This document shows positions 48,505 through 58,497 of a DNA stretch of 64,000 nt, one piece after another; position 1 is the first letter of the stretch, and each line of letters starts with the position of its first letter. Position numbers and translations under genes: made by a program. This DNA is from Limnochordaceae bacterium (GTDB lineage: Bacteria; Bacillota; Limnochordia; Limnochordales; DUMU01): the NCBI GenBank assembly GCA_014896305.1, contig JADBKQ010000001.1:20066-84065 (forward strand), read 5' to 3'. The notes below the pieces were generated by a model that saw only the letters and a list, made by a program, of their open reading frames with translations, did not search any database and was not told the origin of the DNA.

Positions 48505-48581
48505 TGGTCGGGGTGCGCGGACTTGAACCGCGGACCTTCTGCTCCCAAAGCAGACGCGCTACCAAACTGCGCTACACCCCG
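48505..48581 (-). tRNA. tRNA-Pro(TGG)
   Basis: CGGGGTG..TTTGGGA loop..GTTCAAGTC..ACCA. Confidence 0.96.
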
Positions 48582-48605
48582 ACCACGCCAGCCATTCACT
48601 TGCTA

Positions 48606-48635
48606 ATCCTAGCATTCGCCCCAGGGCACTGTCAA
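48606..48635 (-). promoter_or_regulatory. sigmaA promoter of tRNA-Pro/Gly/Arg/His operon
   Basis: TTGACA-18 bp-TAGGAT with TG extension. Confidence 0.72.
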
Positions 48636-48669
48636 CCGTGGCTCCCCTGCTGCATCCGCCTTCCGCAGC

Positions 48670-49419
48670 TTACCCCTGCCCGCCAGACCGGGTCGCGGCC
48701 TCGCCCAACCATTGGCGTCCAACCGCCTGCAAGATCGGCCAAACCGCTCGTACCGCCCGCCCCCGGTGACTCCAGCGGTTCTTCTCCTCCAGGCTAAGCT
48801 CCGCCAGGGTACGACCCAACTCGGGAATCTCAAAGATCGGGTCATAGCCAAACCCGCCGTAACCCCGCTCAGTGAGGGCAATCCGGCCTGGCAGGACACC
48901 TTCCATTGTGTGGACGGCGATCAACCTCTTGTTCTCCGGCGGCCCTTCCCTCCCCGGAACCGCCAGCGCCATCACCGTTCGAAACCGGGCTGTCCGCTGC
49001 TCCAGGGGCACACCGGCCAACTCCTGCAAGAGCCGGTGGCGATTGTCGGCGTAAGTAGCTCCCGGCCCCGCGTAACGGTGGGCAAAGACCCCGGGCCGCC
49101 CACCCAGCGCATCGACTTCCAACCCTGTGTCATCGGCTAGGCTGGGCAGCCCAGACCAGGCAGCAACCTTCTCCGCCTTTTTACGCGCATTCCCTTCCAG
49201 AGTGGACTGGTCCTCCTCTACCTCCGGCGCCGCGCCCAGATCCGTCGCCGCCACGATCTCCCACCGGAGAGGACGATCGGCCGCGCCCGCTGGCGAAAAA
49301 CGGTCAACCAAACCGGCCTCTTGCTCGAGATCCAGAAGAAGCCGGCGCAATTCGCGAACCTTATCCTGGTTATGGGTGGCTAATACCAGGACGAGCTGGG
49401 TCTGCTGCGTGCTACTCAT
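48670..49419 (-). CDS. rdgB: dITP/XTP pyrophosphatase (HAM1 family)
   Basis: [43 protein letters not shown]. Confidence 0.94.
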   Translation of the reverse strand: MSSTQQTQLVLVLATHNQDKVRELRRLLLDLEQEAGLVDRFSPAGAADRPLRWEIVAATDLGAAPEVEEDQSTLEGNARKKAEKVAAWSGLPSLADDTGLEVDALGGRPGVFAHRYAGPGATYADNRHRLLQELAGVPLEQRTARFRTVMALAVPGREGPPENKRLIAVHTMEGVLPGRIALTERGYGGFGYDPIFEIPELGRTLAELSLEEKNRWSHRGRAVRAVWPILQAVGRQWLGEAATRSGGQG

Positions 49420-50206
49420 CTACCTTTCGTACCACCGTCGGGCGCCGGCCCTCCTGGCTGCGAATGCGGCCCACCAGGTCTGCCGGCAGGATCTCCTGCT
49501 GCAACTGAATCAGCTGGCTCACCCCTCGCTGGCCCAGTTCCAGCATCGTCTGCAACTGTTCGAAGGTGAAAGGATTCCCTTCCGCCGTCCCCTGGATCTC
49601 CACGAATCGACCGCTGCCGGTCATGACGACATTGAGGTCGACCTGGGCCTGGGAGTCCTCTTGAAACGTAAGATCCAATGCCGGTTGCCCGTCCACTACA
49701 CCGACACTGATGGCAGCAATGAAATCGTATAATGGATAGGTCTCCCACTTTTCCGCCACGGCCAGGCGTCCCAGGGCCTCCGCCAAAGCGACGAATCCGC
49801 CTGTAATCGAGGCTGTACGAGTCCCTCCGTCCGCCTGGAGTACGTCGCAGTCGACCCAGACCGTACGCTCACCCAATGCCCCCAGGTCCACGGCAGAACG
49901 GAGTGAACGCCCGATCAAGCGCTGGATCTCTCCTGTCCGCCCCGACACTCGTCCCCGGGAGACCTCCCGCTGCGTTCGGCTGCTCGTCGCCCGCGGCAGC
50001 ATCGAGTACTCCGCGGTTATCCACCCCTGCCCTGTCCCCCGCAGGAAGGGAGGGACTCGGTCTTCCACCGAAGCCGTGCAGACGACCCACGTATCCCCAG
50101 CCTGGATCATGACCGAACCCTCTGCCCATTTGGTGTAGTTTCGCAGAATACGGACCGGCCGCAGTTCATCCGGGCGTCGACCATCGGGTCTGCTCAATGC
50201 AGTCAC
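49412..50206 (-). CDS. rph: Ribonuclease PH
   Basis: [53 protein letters not shown]. Confidence 0.96.
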   Translation of the reverse strand: MTALSRPDGRRPDELRPVRILRNYTKWAEGSVMIQAGDTWVVCTASVEDRVPPFLRGTGQGWITAEYSMLPRATSSRTQREVSRGRVSGRTGEIQRLIGRSLRSAVDLGALGERTVWVDCDVLQADGGTRTASITGGFVALAEALGRLAVAEKWETYPLYDFIAAISVGVVDGQPALDLTFQEDSQAQVDLNVVMTGSGRFVEIQGTAEGNPFTFEQLQTMLELGQRGVSQLIQLQQEILPADLVGRIRSQEGRRPTVVRKVDE

Positions 50207-51684
50207 ACTCCTTGTTGATCCGCCGGCGTTGCCGGGGCGGCCAACGGGGCTTCGTCTTGCCACACCCGCTCTTTGACGAGTTGGCGGAAAACCTCTCCCC
50301 GTTCCTCAAAGTTATGGAAAAGGTCGTAGCTGGCACACGCAGGCGATAGCAAAACCGCATCTCCGGGGCGGGCCTGCCGTCCGGCCAGCGCCACGGCCTC
50401 GCGAAACGAGCCAGCTCGCAGCACTACCGGTGTCTGGGCACCGCTCATGCCAGCTTGAACAGCCGCTCGTTCCAAAGCTGCGGCAATCTTTCCGGCCGTG
50501 GCCCCCAGCAGCACGACAACTCGTACCCGGCCACCCGGACGCATGATCTCCTGGGCCAGTTCATCGAAGGGAAGGTGCTTGTCGTAGCCGCCGGCAATCA
50601 ACACAATGGGCCGCTCTACCGCCCGGATGCCTGCCAATGCCCTCGAGGGCGTGGTGGCAATGGAGTCATTGTAGAAGAGGACACCATCCACCTCATCCAC
50701 TCGCTCCAGCCGGTGCGGCACTCCCCGAAACCGCGTGAACACTTCCCTTATGGCTGCCACCGGAAGGCGCGCCGCCAGCCCTGTGACGGCCGCCGCCGCC
50801 AGGACGTTTTCTACATTATGCCACCCGGGCAACACAATCTCCTGCCGTAAGCCCAGTTCCTCGACGTTACCGTGAGGTTGGCGGCGCAGCAGCAACCGGT
50901 CTCCTTCCACCCATGCTCCCACCTCGACTGGCTCTTCCCGGCTGAAGAACGCCACTTGCCCAGGAGCTCGCACCGCCATCGCCCGAGTGGTGGTGTTCCC
51001 TTTGTTGAATATCGCCCAGTCATTCTCACCCTGGTAGCGGAAGATATGTTCCTTGGCCGCGATGTACTCCTCCATGCTGGCATGAACATCCAGATGGTTG
51101 GGAGTTACATTCGTCACCACCGCGGCCTGGGGACTTTGCTGGAGCATCTCCAGCTGAAAGCTGGATAGCTCCAAGACCACCCAAGCTCCCAAGGGAATGT
51201 GGGCTGCCTGTTCGATCAACGGCTGACCAATGTTGCCGCCGACAAATGTCTGCAGGCCGGCTGCCTGTAGCATTTTCCCGACCAGCGTCGTCGTGGTGGT
51301 TTTCCCACTGGAACCCGTGACCCCGATCACGGGGGCTCGACACTCGGCCAGCACGATCTCGATTTCGCTGTGAATTTCAACTCCCCTGGCCATTGCCAGC
51401 TGCAGTTCTGGCAGGTGCTTGGGGATTCCGGGAGTTAAGAAGAGAGCATCGAACTGGTCCAATCCGTCCAGGTACCCTGCACCCAGTCGCAAGTCCACCG
51501 GCAGGGCGGCAAGCTCTTTACCAATTTCACCCAGCTGATCCAGGGTTTTCTTATCGCGCCCACTGATGATAGCTCCATGCTTCATCAAGTAACGGATGAC
51601 GGCCAGGTTGCTGATCCCTAGCCCTACGACAGCCACTCGTCGCCCCCGCCACTGGTGTGGGCCGGGTCGACCTATGTTGTCCAC
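50203..51684 (-). CDS. murD: UDP-MurNAc-L-Ala--D-Glu ligase
   Basis: [60 protein letters not shown]. Confidence 0.95.
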   Translation of the reverse strand: MDNIGRPGPHQWRGRRVAVVGLGISNLAVIRYLMKHGAIISGRDKKTLDQLGEIGKELAALPVDLRLGAGYLDGLDQFDALFLTPGIPKHLPELQLAMARGVEIHSEIEIVLAECRAPVIGVTGSSGKTTTTTLVGKMLQAAGLQTFVGGNIGQPLIEQAAHIPLGAWVVLELSSFQLEMLQQSPQAAVVTNVTPNHLDVHASMEEYIAAKEHIFRYQGENDWAIFNKGNTTTRAMAVRAPGQVAFFSREEPVEVGAWVEGDRLLLRRQPHGNVEELGLRQEIVLPGWHNVENVLAAAAVTGLAARLPVAAIREVFTRFRGVPHRLERVDEVDGVLFYNDSIATTPSRALAGIRAVERPIVLIAGGYDKHLPFDELAQEIMRPGGRVRVVVLLGATAGKIAAALERAAVQAGMSGAQTPVVLRAGSFREAVALAGRQARPGDAVLLSPACASYDLFHNFEERGEVFRQLVKERVWQDEAPLAAPATPADQQGV

Positions 51685-51750
51685 GCAGCAATCACGCTCC
51701 TATGCAGCGCCCACCGCGCTCTGGTAAATCCTACCCCTTCCTCTGCTGGT

Positions 51751-52416
51751 TCACAAGAGTTGTGCCCTTCGAACATTCATCAAGGCCTGGCGAGCCTGGC
51801 GCAGTGCTACCATGTCTACCAGTGAAAGATCGGACGTCAAAGGTCCCCGCAGGTCCAGATGCCCGGCCAGCGTATCCAGCGGCCGCCCCTCGACCCAGAG
51901 TTCTACCGCCTTTACGCCAGGCAGCAACGTCAGGGTGTCGACCAGGGTGTAAACAGTGGCCAGCTCACCGCTGGTGCCTCCACCGTGCCCAGCCACTAGT
52001 TCCCCACTGAGGTTGACGCGCAGAACTCCCTGCGTCGGCTCGACCCACTGCCACCCCAGCAAGCGGGTACCGGCGGGAAACGGGTTGACGAGGTAAAGGC
52101 CTGCTGGAGGACCTGCCAATAAGCGACCGATGACCTCGCTGATCACCCCACCGCCAGAAGCGGCGACAACCGGCAGACGAACGACCACTGGCTTGAGGTT
52201 CATGCTTTCCTCGCTGGGAAACAGGAGAATCGCTACTCCCTGCGAATCCACCGGCCCGCTAGTCCAAACGTACCCTGCCCGCATCTGTTGGCCCTGCCAC
52301 CAGCCCGCCGCCACCAGCAATAGCAGCAAAGCAGCCACGATGCTGTGCCGCGCCCATCTACCCAGCACTGTTGCACCTCCCCAGATGGAATCTCCATCCG
52401 CGACAGGTTCCGCCAA
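51751..52416 (-). CDS. GerMN domain protein
   Basis: TM anchor; LL.GP, P.GTRLL, VNLS.E, GG.SGE..TVY.LV.TLT, V.L.VEG, LAGH.DL..PL. Confidence 0.85.
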   Translation of the reverse strand: MAEPVADGDSIWGGATVLGRWARHSIVAALLLLLVAAGWWQGQQMRAGYVWTSGPVDSQGVAILLFPSEESMNLKPVVVRLPVVAASGGGVISEVIGRLLAGPPAGLYLVNPFPAGTRLLGWQWVEPTQGVLRVNLSGELVAGHGGGTSGELATVYTLVDTLTLLPGVKAVELWVEGRPLDTLAGHLDLRGPLTSDLSLVDMVALRQARQALMNVRRAQLL

Positions 52417-52422
52417 TAACCA

Positions 52423-54897
52423 TTATGGGAGGTTTCCGGCAAAATAACGATCCAACCCGTCTGCTATAGCTTGTACAGCCCGCGCTTGATAGCCGGGATC
52501 GGCGAGATGGGCGGCCTCATCCGGGTTGCTCAGATAGCCCACTTCGATCAGCACGGCCGGCACCCAGCTTTGTCGAACGACATATAGATCGTCACGGGCA
52601 CGGGCGCCCCCGTCAAACGCCGCCAACTTCTGGACGAGCGCTTCCTGCAAGGCCTGGGCCAGTCGCCGAGCCTGAGCCTGGTCGGAACGATAGTAAGTTT
52701 CTACGCCGTGGGCGCTCGGACCTTGATAGGAGTTGAGGTGGATGCTGAGCAGTGCATCCGCATGGTTGAGGTTCGCCGGCGCGACCCGCTGCGCCCAGTC
52801 CACCAATGTGTCGTCCTGACGCGTCAGCAGCACCCTGGCGCCATCGGCCTCCAGTACCTTCTGCAACTGCAAGACAAGCGCCAGAGCGACATCTTTCTCC
52901 TGCAGCCCATTGACTCCGATCGCACCGGGATCCCGGCCGCCATGCCCCGCATCCAAGACAATGAGCCGCCCCTTTAGATGGGTGCGGGTGGACGCCGCCG
53001 GCGCCATCACGGAGTCCTGGGCTTCCGGGCGGCTTCCAGAGGCTCCGGTCCGGTCCGACTCGGCTGGGGGATATGGCAACAGAGCGCCCTGTGTGACGTT
53101 GGAGGAAGGAGGGGGAGCAGTGGTACGGGCCAGCGCCGAGGCCGTCCCGTTCACCGGCGTGGCCTCGGTTCCCGACGGAAGCTGGAGGAACACCGGACCT
53201 GCGTCGTCAGGGGGGTGCAATGCCCCTACATCGATAGTGGTGACCTGGCCGGCAGGAGGCCCGAGAGTAACCATCAGCGAACTGCCATCGGGACTTTGGG
53301 TAATATGAACGGCGGCGGGCGACGCCAGATCCACCACGACCCGCACCGTTCTCGGGTCGAACTGGGAAACCCGTACTTGACGCACCCAGGAGTTCGGCTG
53401 GGTTTGCAGCCTCGGCCCGCCCACTGGATTGGCGGCACCCTCCAGATCCAGAACCAGTCGTTCCGGATCAGGTAAGCGAAACGCCCGGCGCAGCCGCACC
53501 GGCCCCGATGTGTCCACTCGCAGCGCCACATCGCCGCCAGCGCCCGACGAGCTGGCGTCCGCAACCATCGCCAACGTCACCTGTTGAACCAGCCGCAGGA
53601 CGTCTAAAAAGAGGGTATCAGCTTGGTCGCCGGTGCCCCGAACCACCCGCACCCAGCCGGGGTGGCGCTGCCAAAGGACGACCTGGACAGAAGGGGCATT
53701 GCTGGCATCCCCCGGCTGAGGGTTGACAGCAATGGCCTGAAAATCGGGATCGGCCAGTTCCAGTCGCTGAGAAGGAAACGGCCACTCCCAGCCGGTGAGG
53801 TTGAGCACCAGCCGGTCCGGGTCTCGCAACACCTGCGTCTCCAGCTGCAGAGAATGCCCGTCTCCACCAGCCAGCGTCAGTTGTGCAGACTCTCCGGGCC
53901 GGCGGGTGAACGTCAGGACAGGCCCAGCCGGTCCGGGGGCCGTGCCACGAGCGGGCGTCTGTACCGGCGGTAGTGCGCTCGAGGACGCGGTCCGGCTGAG
54001 GCGCAGCCGTGCCTCATAGCGGCCGTCCCCTCCGCTGGCAGCAGTCGCCCGCAACGGCCAGGGACCCGTCAGGGTGAACCCCGGCTGAACCCACAGCTCG
54101 AAAGCAATCCCTGTGACATGCGGATCCTGAGAGGACGGGGGCAACTGGCGTACTTGCTGCCAGGGAGCCGGCCAGTGCCCGGGTAGGATCGCTGGCAAAG
54201 CCACTTGGGTGGTGGGCAAGATTCCCTCGACCCACACTTGCCATCGCTGTACCGGCCCATCCGCTCCTGCCGGCCCCGGCAAGGTTTCAGCCGCCGGGGC
54301 CGTCAACTGGACCGAAAACGGGCGCTCCGATCGGAAAAGCAGAGTTGGTGTCCCCTCCGCGGTTTCCAGCGTGACCTGGAGGGAGGAGGAAGAGCCAGGT
54401 CCAGAGCCAGGAGGACTGGCGGCCGGCGCTCGCGCTGTTTCAGGCTTCTCCAACTGAAGGGATCGCAACTGGTTATCCCAGTACAAATTGAGGTTGAGAG
54501 CGATGGCCACGGCCGACAGGGGTACCAGCCACTCGTCTCCGGCTAGTTGCGGCGTCACGGGTAGGGGGCGCGGCTGGCCATCGAGGTAGGCGGTGCGGCT
54601 GCCCAAGCGAAGGACTAGCTTCCGGTCGGCGTTTTGCAGGTGCAGTTCACCAGGGGTCGGGGTCCCCACCTGGATACCCAGCGGGCCAAACGTAGCGGCA
54701 GCGGGTACCAGCAAGTACCCTTGTTCCGAACGCACCGGTACGCTGCTTTCCAGGGGTCGGCCTGCCACCCACAAGACGGCCGCAGCTGCTGGCATCGGTT
54801 GGAGCAAAAACATCCCGCTGGACAAGGTGAGCACGCATGCCAAGAAAAATCGACGGAAGGCCAAACCCAGGGAGGTCATGGCCTGCGAGCCTGGCAT
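52423..54897 (-). CDS. N-acetylmuramoyl-L-alanine amidase (Cu-amine-oxidase N-domain + AMIN domains + Amidase_3)
   Basis: Signal peptide; LVPL..VA; two L.DP.RLVL(N/D)L AMIN repeats; IVLDAGHGG.DPGA, LSIH.N, AVLIEVGY. Confidence 0.9.
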   Translation of the reverse strand: MPGSQAMTSLGLAFRRFFLACVLTLSSGMFLLQPMPAAAAVLWVAGRPLESSVPVRSEQGYLLVPAAATFGPLGIQVGTPTPGELHLQNADRKLVLRLGSRTAYLDGQPRPLPVTPQLAGDEWLVPLSAVAIALNLNLYWDNQLRSLQLEKPETARAPAASPPGSGPGSSSSLQVTLETAEGTPTLLFRSERPFSVQLTAPAAETLPGPAGADGPVQRWQVWVEGILPTTQVALPAILPGHWPAPWQQVRQLPPSSQDPHVTGIAFELWVQPGFTLTGPWPLRATAASGGDGRYEARLRLSRTASSSALPPVQTPARGTAPGPAGPVLTFTRRPGESAQLTLAGGDGHSLQLETQVLRDPDRLVLNLTGWEWPFPSQRLELADPDFQAIAVNPQPGDASNAPSVQVVLWQRHPGWVRVVRGTGDQADTLFLDVLRLVQQVTLAMVADASSSGAGGDVALRVDTSGPVRLRRAFRLPDPERLVLDLEGAANPVGGPRLQTQPNSWVRQVRVSQFDPRTVRVVVDLASPAAVHITQSPDGSSLMVTLGPPAGQVTTIDVGALHPPDDAGPVFLQLPSGTEATPVNGTASALARTTAPPPSSNVTQGALLPYPPAESDRTGASGSRPEAQDSVMAPAASTRTHLKGRLIVLDAGHGGRDPGAIGVNGLQEKDVALALVLQLQKVLEADGARVLLTRQDDTLVDWAQRVAPANLNHADALLSIHLNSYQGPSAHGVETYYRSDQAQARRLAQALQEALVQKLAAFDGGARARDDLYVVRQSWVPAVLIEVGYLSNPDEAAHLADPGYQARAVQAIADGLDRYFAGNLP

Positions 54898-54936
54898 CTT
54901 GTGGCTCCCCCCTCTCGGACAAGCACTTCTTCTCTG

Positions 54937-54963
54937 ATTCTCACGAAGGAGAACGATTCCTGT
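54937..54963 (-). promoter_or_regulatory. sigmaH-type promoter for amidase operon
   Basis: ACAGGA-17 nt-GAAT, exact AGGA-N17-GAAT spacing. Confidence 0.6.
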
Positions 54964-54984
54964 TTCCTTCAGCGAAGAAAGGCG

Positions 54985-55047
54985 AAAAACGGGGAAACGC
55001 GGCCGGAGCGGTCGGACCTTACGGTCCCGACCGCTCCGGCAGGCGTT
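54985..55047 (-). terminator. Long GC hairpin terminator after ABC operon
   Basis: GCCGGAGCGGTCGG/CCGACCGCTCCGGC inverted repeat; T-rich tract follows on the minus strand. Confidence 0.65.
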
Positions 55048-55102
55048 ACAGTGGGTTGGTGTCAGGATACGCGTTTGCTACCGAGACCTCTGGTCGAAAG
55101 CC

Positions 55103-56635
55103 TCAGGCCACCGGTGGCGCTTTCGGACGGCGGCTACGACGCCAGCCAAAGGCGACCAGCCCCAACGCCAGCGGAATTAGAGACAGTCCATACAACGTCC
55201 AGGGTGAACGCTGACCAACGGAACGAATCTCGCGTTCACTGCCGGGGATTACCTTCCCCTGGGCGTCGATCACGCGAATCTGATATCCGTCGCCCTCGGG
55301 AATCGTGACCCGGAAGCCCCACAGCGTGGGCTTCTGTCCCTGCATGGCAGGATCCTTCGGGTCAAAAGGCACGATCTGGTACCCCAACGCGTAGCCAGGC
55401 GATTGTTTCACGAAGAACGGCTCCCGGACCACGGTCTGGAGCACATCACCATTGCGCACCAGTTGCAGCTTTACATCCGTCCGTTCCTTGGTATGTACCC
55501 ACTCCCAGTCTGTCTCCGTGCCCTTGCCGGCCAGTGGCTGGTGGACTTGGGTCAGCTGGGTGTAACCATACCGGTTGTATTGCTGCTCGTCGAAGGCAGC
55601 CAGGTAGACGGTGCGACTTCCCCAGGCGTACAGGACCTGGGTCTCGTCGTCGCTGCTGATCGGTACCGTCCACTTGCTCTCCGGAACGATCACGTAGCCG
55701 AGCCCATTCCGGCGCGGGCCTATCACAATCAGCTTCTTCTGGCTGCCGGCCACTACTGCCCCCTTGGGATCGACCGCCTGAACCTGATATTCGCCTGGCG
55801 GCAAGTTGACCAGGTATGAGTCGGCCGGTTCCGTCACGTAGAAGCCGACCGGATCTGGTTGCTTGGGGGCAGGGGGAATCTCGCTCTGCTTGGCCGGCTT
55901 ACCTGTCTTCTGCACCCGCTGGATCAGGTTGTTCATGTACTGCTGCCACTTGTCGTAATCGTCGTAGTACTTGGTGACCGCTTTATAGTAAGCGTCGTTG
56001 GCCTTATTGTAGCGGTCGTACTCCTTGACTGCCTCATCCCCGATCAACAACCGGGGCGGGTCACTGAAGTTTTCCCCCCCATAGTAGTAGGCGTATTTGA
56101 CCTTCTCCAGGGTCTTGATAACCTTGCCGTTTTGAAGGATCTGTAACTTCCCTGGCACATCCTCTCGGTAACCAAACCAGTCCGCCATGTACTCCCCCGT
56201 GATGGGCCAAAAGTAAACTTCGGTCCGCACCGGGTTTACGAGGCTGTCATGGTTGGCCACCAGGTAGAACGTATCCGCTTGCTTGGGTACGAACGTGCCG
56301 CCATACGGATCATCCGTTTTGCCCGTCCATGGGCTCAGCGAGTACACCAGCTGCTTCTCTTTGGCTGGCATACCTTCGCTCTGCAGCTGCTCTGCGCTGG
56401 GTTGCTGCGGCATTCCCGGCAGATTGGCCTCGGGTGGAGTAGCTTTCCCGCTGGTGGAATTGCTTTCCCCGGCGGGCGAAGTGGCGGTCGTCGTCGACGA
56501 ACTGGTCGTAGTAGAGCTCTTACTAGTAGAGGGGCTGCTGCTCGCTCCCGTTGCTGCCCAGGCTACCGAGGTCGCCGTCAAGGCCACGAGCAGACCCGAG
56601 AGGGCCAGCCACGGCGTCAGTTTCGTTCTCCTCAT
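55103..56635 (-). CDS. Exported, C-terminally membrane-anchored hypothetical protein (ABC accessory)
   Basis: Signal peptide, Ser/Thr linker, C-terminal TM + RRSRR; overlaps permease stop. Confidence 0.75.
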   Translation of the reverse strand: MRRTKLTPWLALSGLLVALTATSVAWAATGASSSPSTSKSSTTTSSSTTTATSPAGESNSTSGKATPPEANLPGMPQQPSAEQLQSEGMPAKEKQLVYSLSPWTGKTDDPYGGTFVPKQADTFYLVANHDSLVNPVRTEVYFWPITGEYMADWFGYREDVPGKLQILQNGKVIKTLEKVKYAYYYGGENFSDPPRLLIGDEAVKEYDRYNKANDAYYKAVTKYYDDYDKWQQYMNNLIQRVQKTGKPAKQSEIPPAPKQPDPVGFYVTEPADSYLVNLPPGEYQVQAVDPKGAVVAGSQKKLIVIGPRRNGLGYVIVPESKWTVPISSDDETQVLYAWGSRTVYLAAFDEQQYNRYGYTQLTQVHQPLAGKGTETDWEWVHTKERTDVKLQLVRNGDVLQTVVREPFFVKQSPGYALGYQIVPFDPKDPAMQGQKPTLWGFRVTIPEGDGYQIRVIDAQGKVIPGSEREIRSVGQRSPWTLYGLSLIPLALGLVAFGWRRSRRPKAPPVA

Positions 56636-57465
56636 CCCCTCTTCACTCCTTTCCGGTTAAAGAAGAAGACCGAACCGGCCAACAGGACGAGGGCATATAC
56701 GAGCGCTTCGCCCACGGCAACCAGGTAGCCAGTGGGACTCTGAAGGGCTACAGCCATTGCTCCCCGATTCAGGTAGCCGACCGGAGACAACCAGTTGATT
56801 CCCCGGCTCAGGATGTCTGCTGCCTGTCGCAGGTAGATCAGGCCGGTGCTCAAGTCCTTGTCCGGCAAGTTCATCAGATACTGGTACCCGTAAGAGAAGC
56901 CAATTAGAGCAACCATGAGCGCAACAAAGAGAACCACCGACGCTCTACTACTCTTCGTCACAGAGGAGAGGAAGATCCCAAACGCGACTACAGAAGCCGC
57001 CACGAAGAATGAAATGACCAGCAGAGCCAGAAGCTCCCAGTTTAGCCCCAGATTGGTCACCAACGAAAGGATGAGGAAGAACACTAAATCAACGATGAGA
57101 ACGGCTCCAAAAACCAGCATCTGCTCGACGAACTTCCCCAACACATAGCTGATCGAGTCGACTGGGCCGTAAAAGAGCACCTCCAGCGTTCCCTGGTCTC
57201 TTTCCCGGGAAATGGAAAGCGACGATAGTAACGCCAAATACACAGAGCTGATAAGGACCGCGATGAATAAGGGGCCTACCAGCGGTGGCGGCACGACCAG
57301 GACTCCATTTTGCGAGATCGTCCAAAGAGCCTGGTTGAGAAAGTACGATGACGCCACAAACGAGAGCGCCATCACGATATAGATGCCAATCCCATAGAGC
57401 GTGGATCGAAGCTCCCGGCCAGCCACCAACCGAATCACGCGCAGGCGCTGTGCGGTGACACTCAT
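56632..57465 (-). CDS. ABC-2 type permease (GldF/NosY-like)
   Basis: RELRS, SISRERDQGTLEVL..GP, VLGKF, six TMs. Confidence 0.85.
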   Translation of the reverse strand: MSVTAQRLRVIRLVAGRELRSTLYGIGIYIVMALSFVASSYFLNQALWTISQNGVLVVPPPLVGPLFIAVLISSVYLALLSSLSISRERDQGTLEVLFYGPVDSISYVLGKFVEQMLVFGAVLIVDLVFFLILSLVTNLGLNWELLALLVISFFVAASVVAFGIFLSSVTKSSRASVVLFVALMVALIGFSYGYQYLMNLPDKDLSTGLIYLRQAADILSRGINWLSPVGYLNRGAMAVALQSPTGYLVAVGEALVYALVLLAGSVFFFNRKGVKRG

Positions 57466-58427
57466 GCAACACCCTCCTCCGCCAACAGCGAGATATTGTT
57501 TTCCGTGATCGTCACAAATGCCTCTTCCAGGCTCATTTCCACTGTCTGCATGCCCAGGACCAGCGCACCGGCTTCTGCAATGGCTCGCGCCACCTGCGTG
57601 CGACGTTCACTGCCTGGTTTGGCCTTGATGATCAACGTAGCTCCAGCGCCAGCTGACGGCTGCTCCGAGACGTCGATGCTGGATACCCCTGGGATCTGCT
57701 GCAAAGCCGGGATCAGGCTGGCCGGCAGCTGGTCCAGATCGACCCGGAGCTCCATTTCCTGGGAAAGGCGCTGGCGGAGTTCATCCATGGTCGCTTCTGC
57801 TAACAGGCGCCCCTTATTCATGATGCCAACCCGCCCGCATATCCGTTCGACCTCTGACAGCAGGTGCGAGGAGATTAAAAGCGTCCGGCCCCTCTCATGC
57901 TCTTCCATCAAAATGTCGCGGACTTCCCGCACGCCGTACGGATCGAGGGAGTTGGTTGGCTCGTCCAGGATCAGGATCTCCGGGTCATGCAGGAGCACCC
58001 GGGCCAAGCCCAGCTTCTGCTTCATTCCCTTGGAGTACCCCCCCACTAACTCCTGCTGGCGGTCGCGCAGGCGAACTCGCTCCAAGACCTCCTGGATGCG
58101 CTGGTTGGGGTGCTCCACGGCGTACAGGCGGGCGAAAAACTGCAGGTACTCCAGGGCTGTCATTTCGTCGTACATGTACTGGTACTCGGAGAGTACCCCC
58201 AACCGCCGCTTGATGCCGAAGTAATCTTCGGGCAAGAGCTTCCCAAATAGGCGGACACGTCCGGCCGTAGGCTGCAACAGCCCCAGGATCATCATGATCG
58301 TGGTCGTCTTCCCCGCGCCGTTAGGCCCAAGGAACCCAAATATCTCGCCCTTCTCCACGTGCAGGTTGAGGTTATCCACCGCCGTCAACGTGCCAAATCG
58401 TTTGGTCAACCCCTCCGTTACGATCAT
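57462..58427 (-). CDS. ABC transporter ATP-binding protein
   Basis: GPNGAGKTT, YSKGMKQK, LILDEPT, SSH; C-terminal SLEEAF. Confidence 0.95.
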   Translation of the reverse strand: MIVTEGLTKRFGTLTAVDNLNLHVEKGEIFGFLGPNGAGKTTTIMMILGLLQPTAGRVRLFGKLLPEDYFGIKRRLGVLSEYQYMYDEMTALEYLQFFARLYAVEHPNQRIQEVLERVRLRDRQQELVGGYSKGMKQKLGLARVLLHDPEILILDEPTNSLDPYGVREVRDILMEEHERGRTLLISSHLLSEVERICGRVGIMNKGRLLAEATMDELRQRLSQEMELRVDLDQLPASLIPALQQIPGVSSIDVSEQPSAGAGATLIIKAKPGSERRTQVARAIAEAGALVLGMQTVEMSLEEAFVTITENNISLLAEEGVA

Positions 58428-58461
58428 TCAGGCGACCCCCTTACAAACAAAATGCGTCCTC

Positions 58462-58491
58462 TTGACATCTCTGGCAAAACCTTTCTATGAT
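58462..58491 (+). promoter_or_regulatory. sigmaA promoter of smpB
   Basis: TTGACA-18 bp-TATGAT. Confidence 0.75.
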
Positions 58492-58497
58492 GAGGTC

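Noticed and set aside
58294-58497. N-terminal extension of smpB
   Set aside because: It overlaps the divergent ABC ATPase gene and the smpB promoter; SmpB homology starts at ATG 58498.
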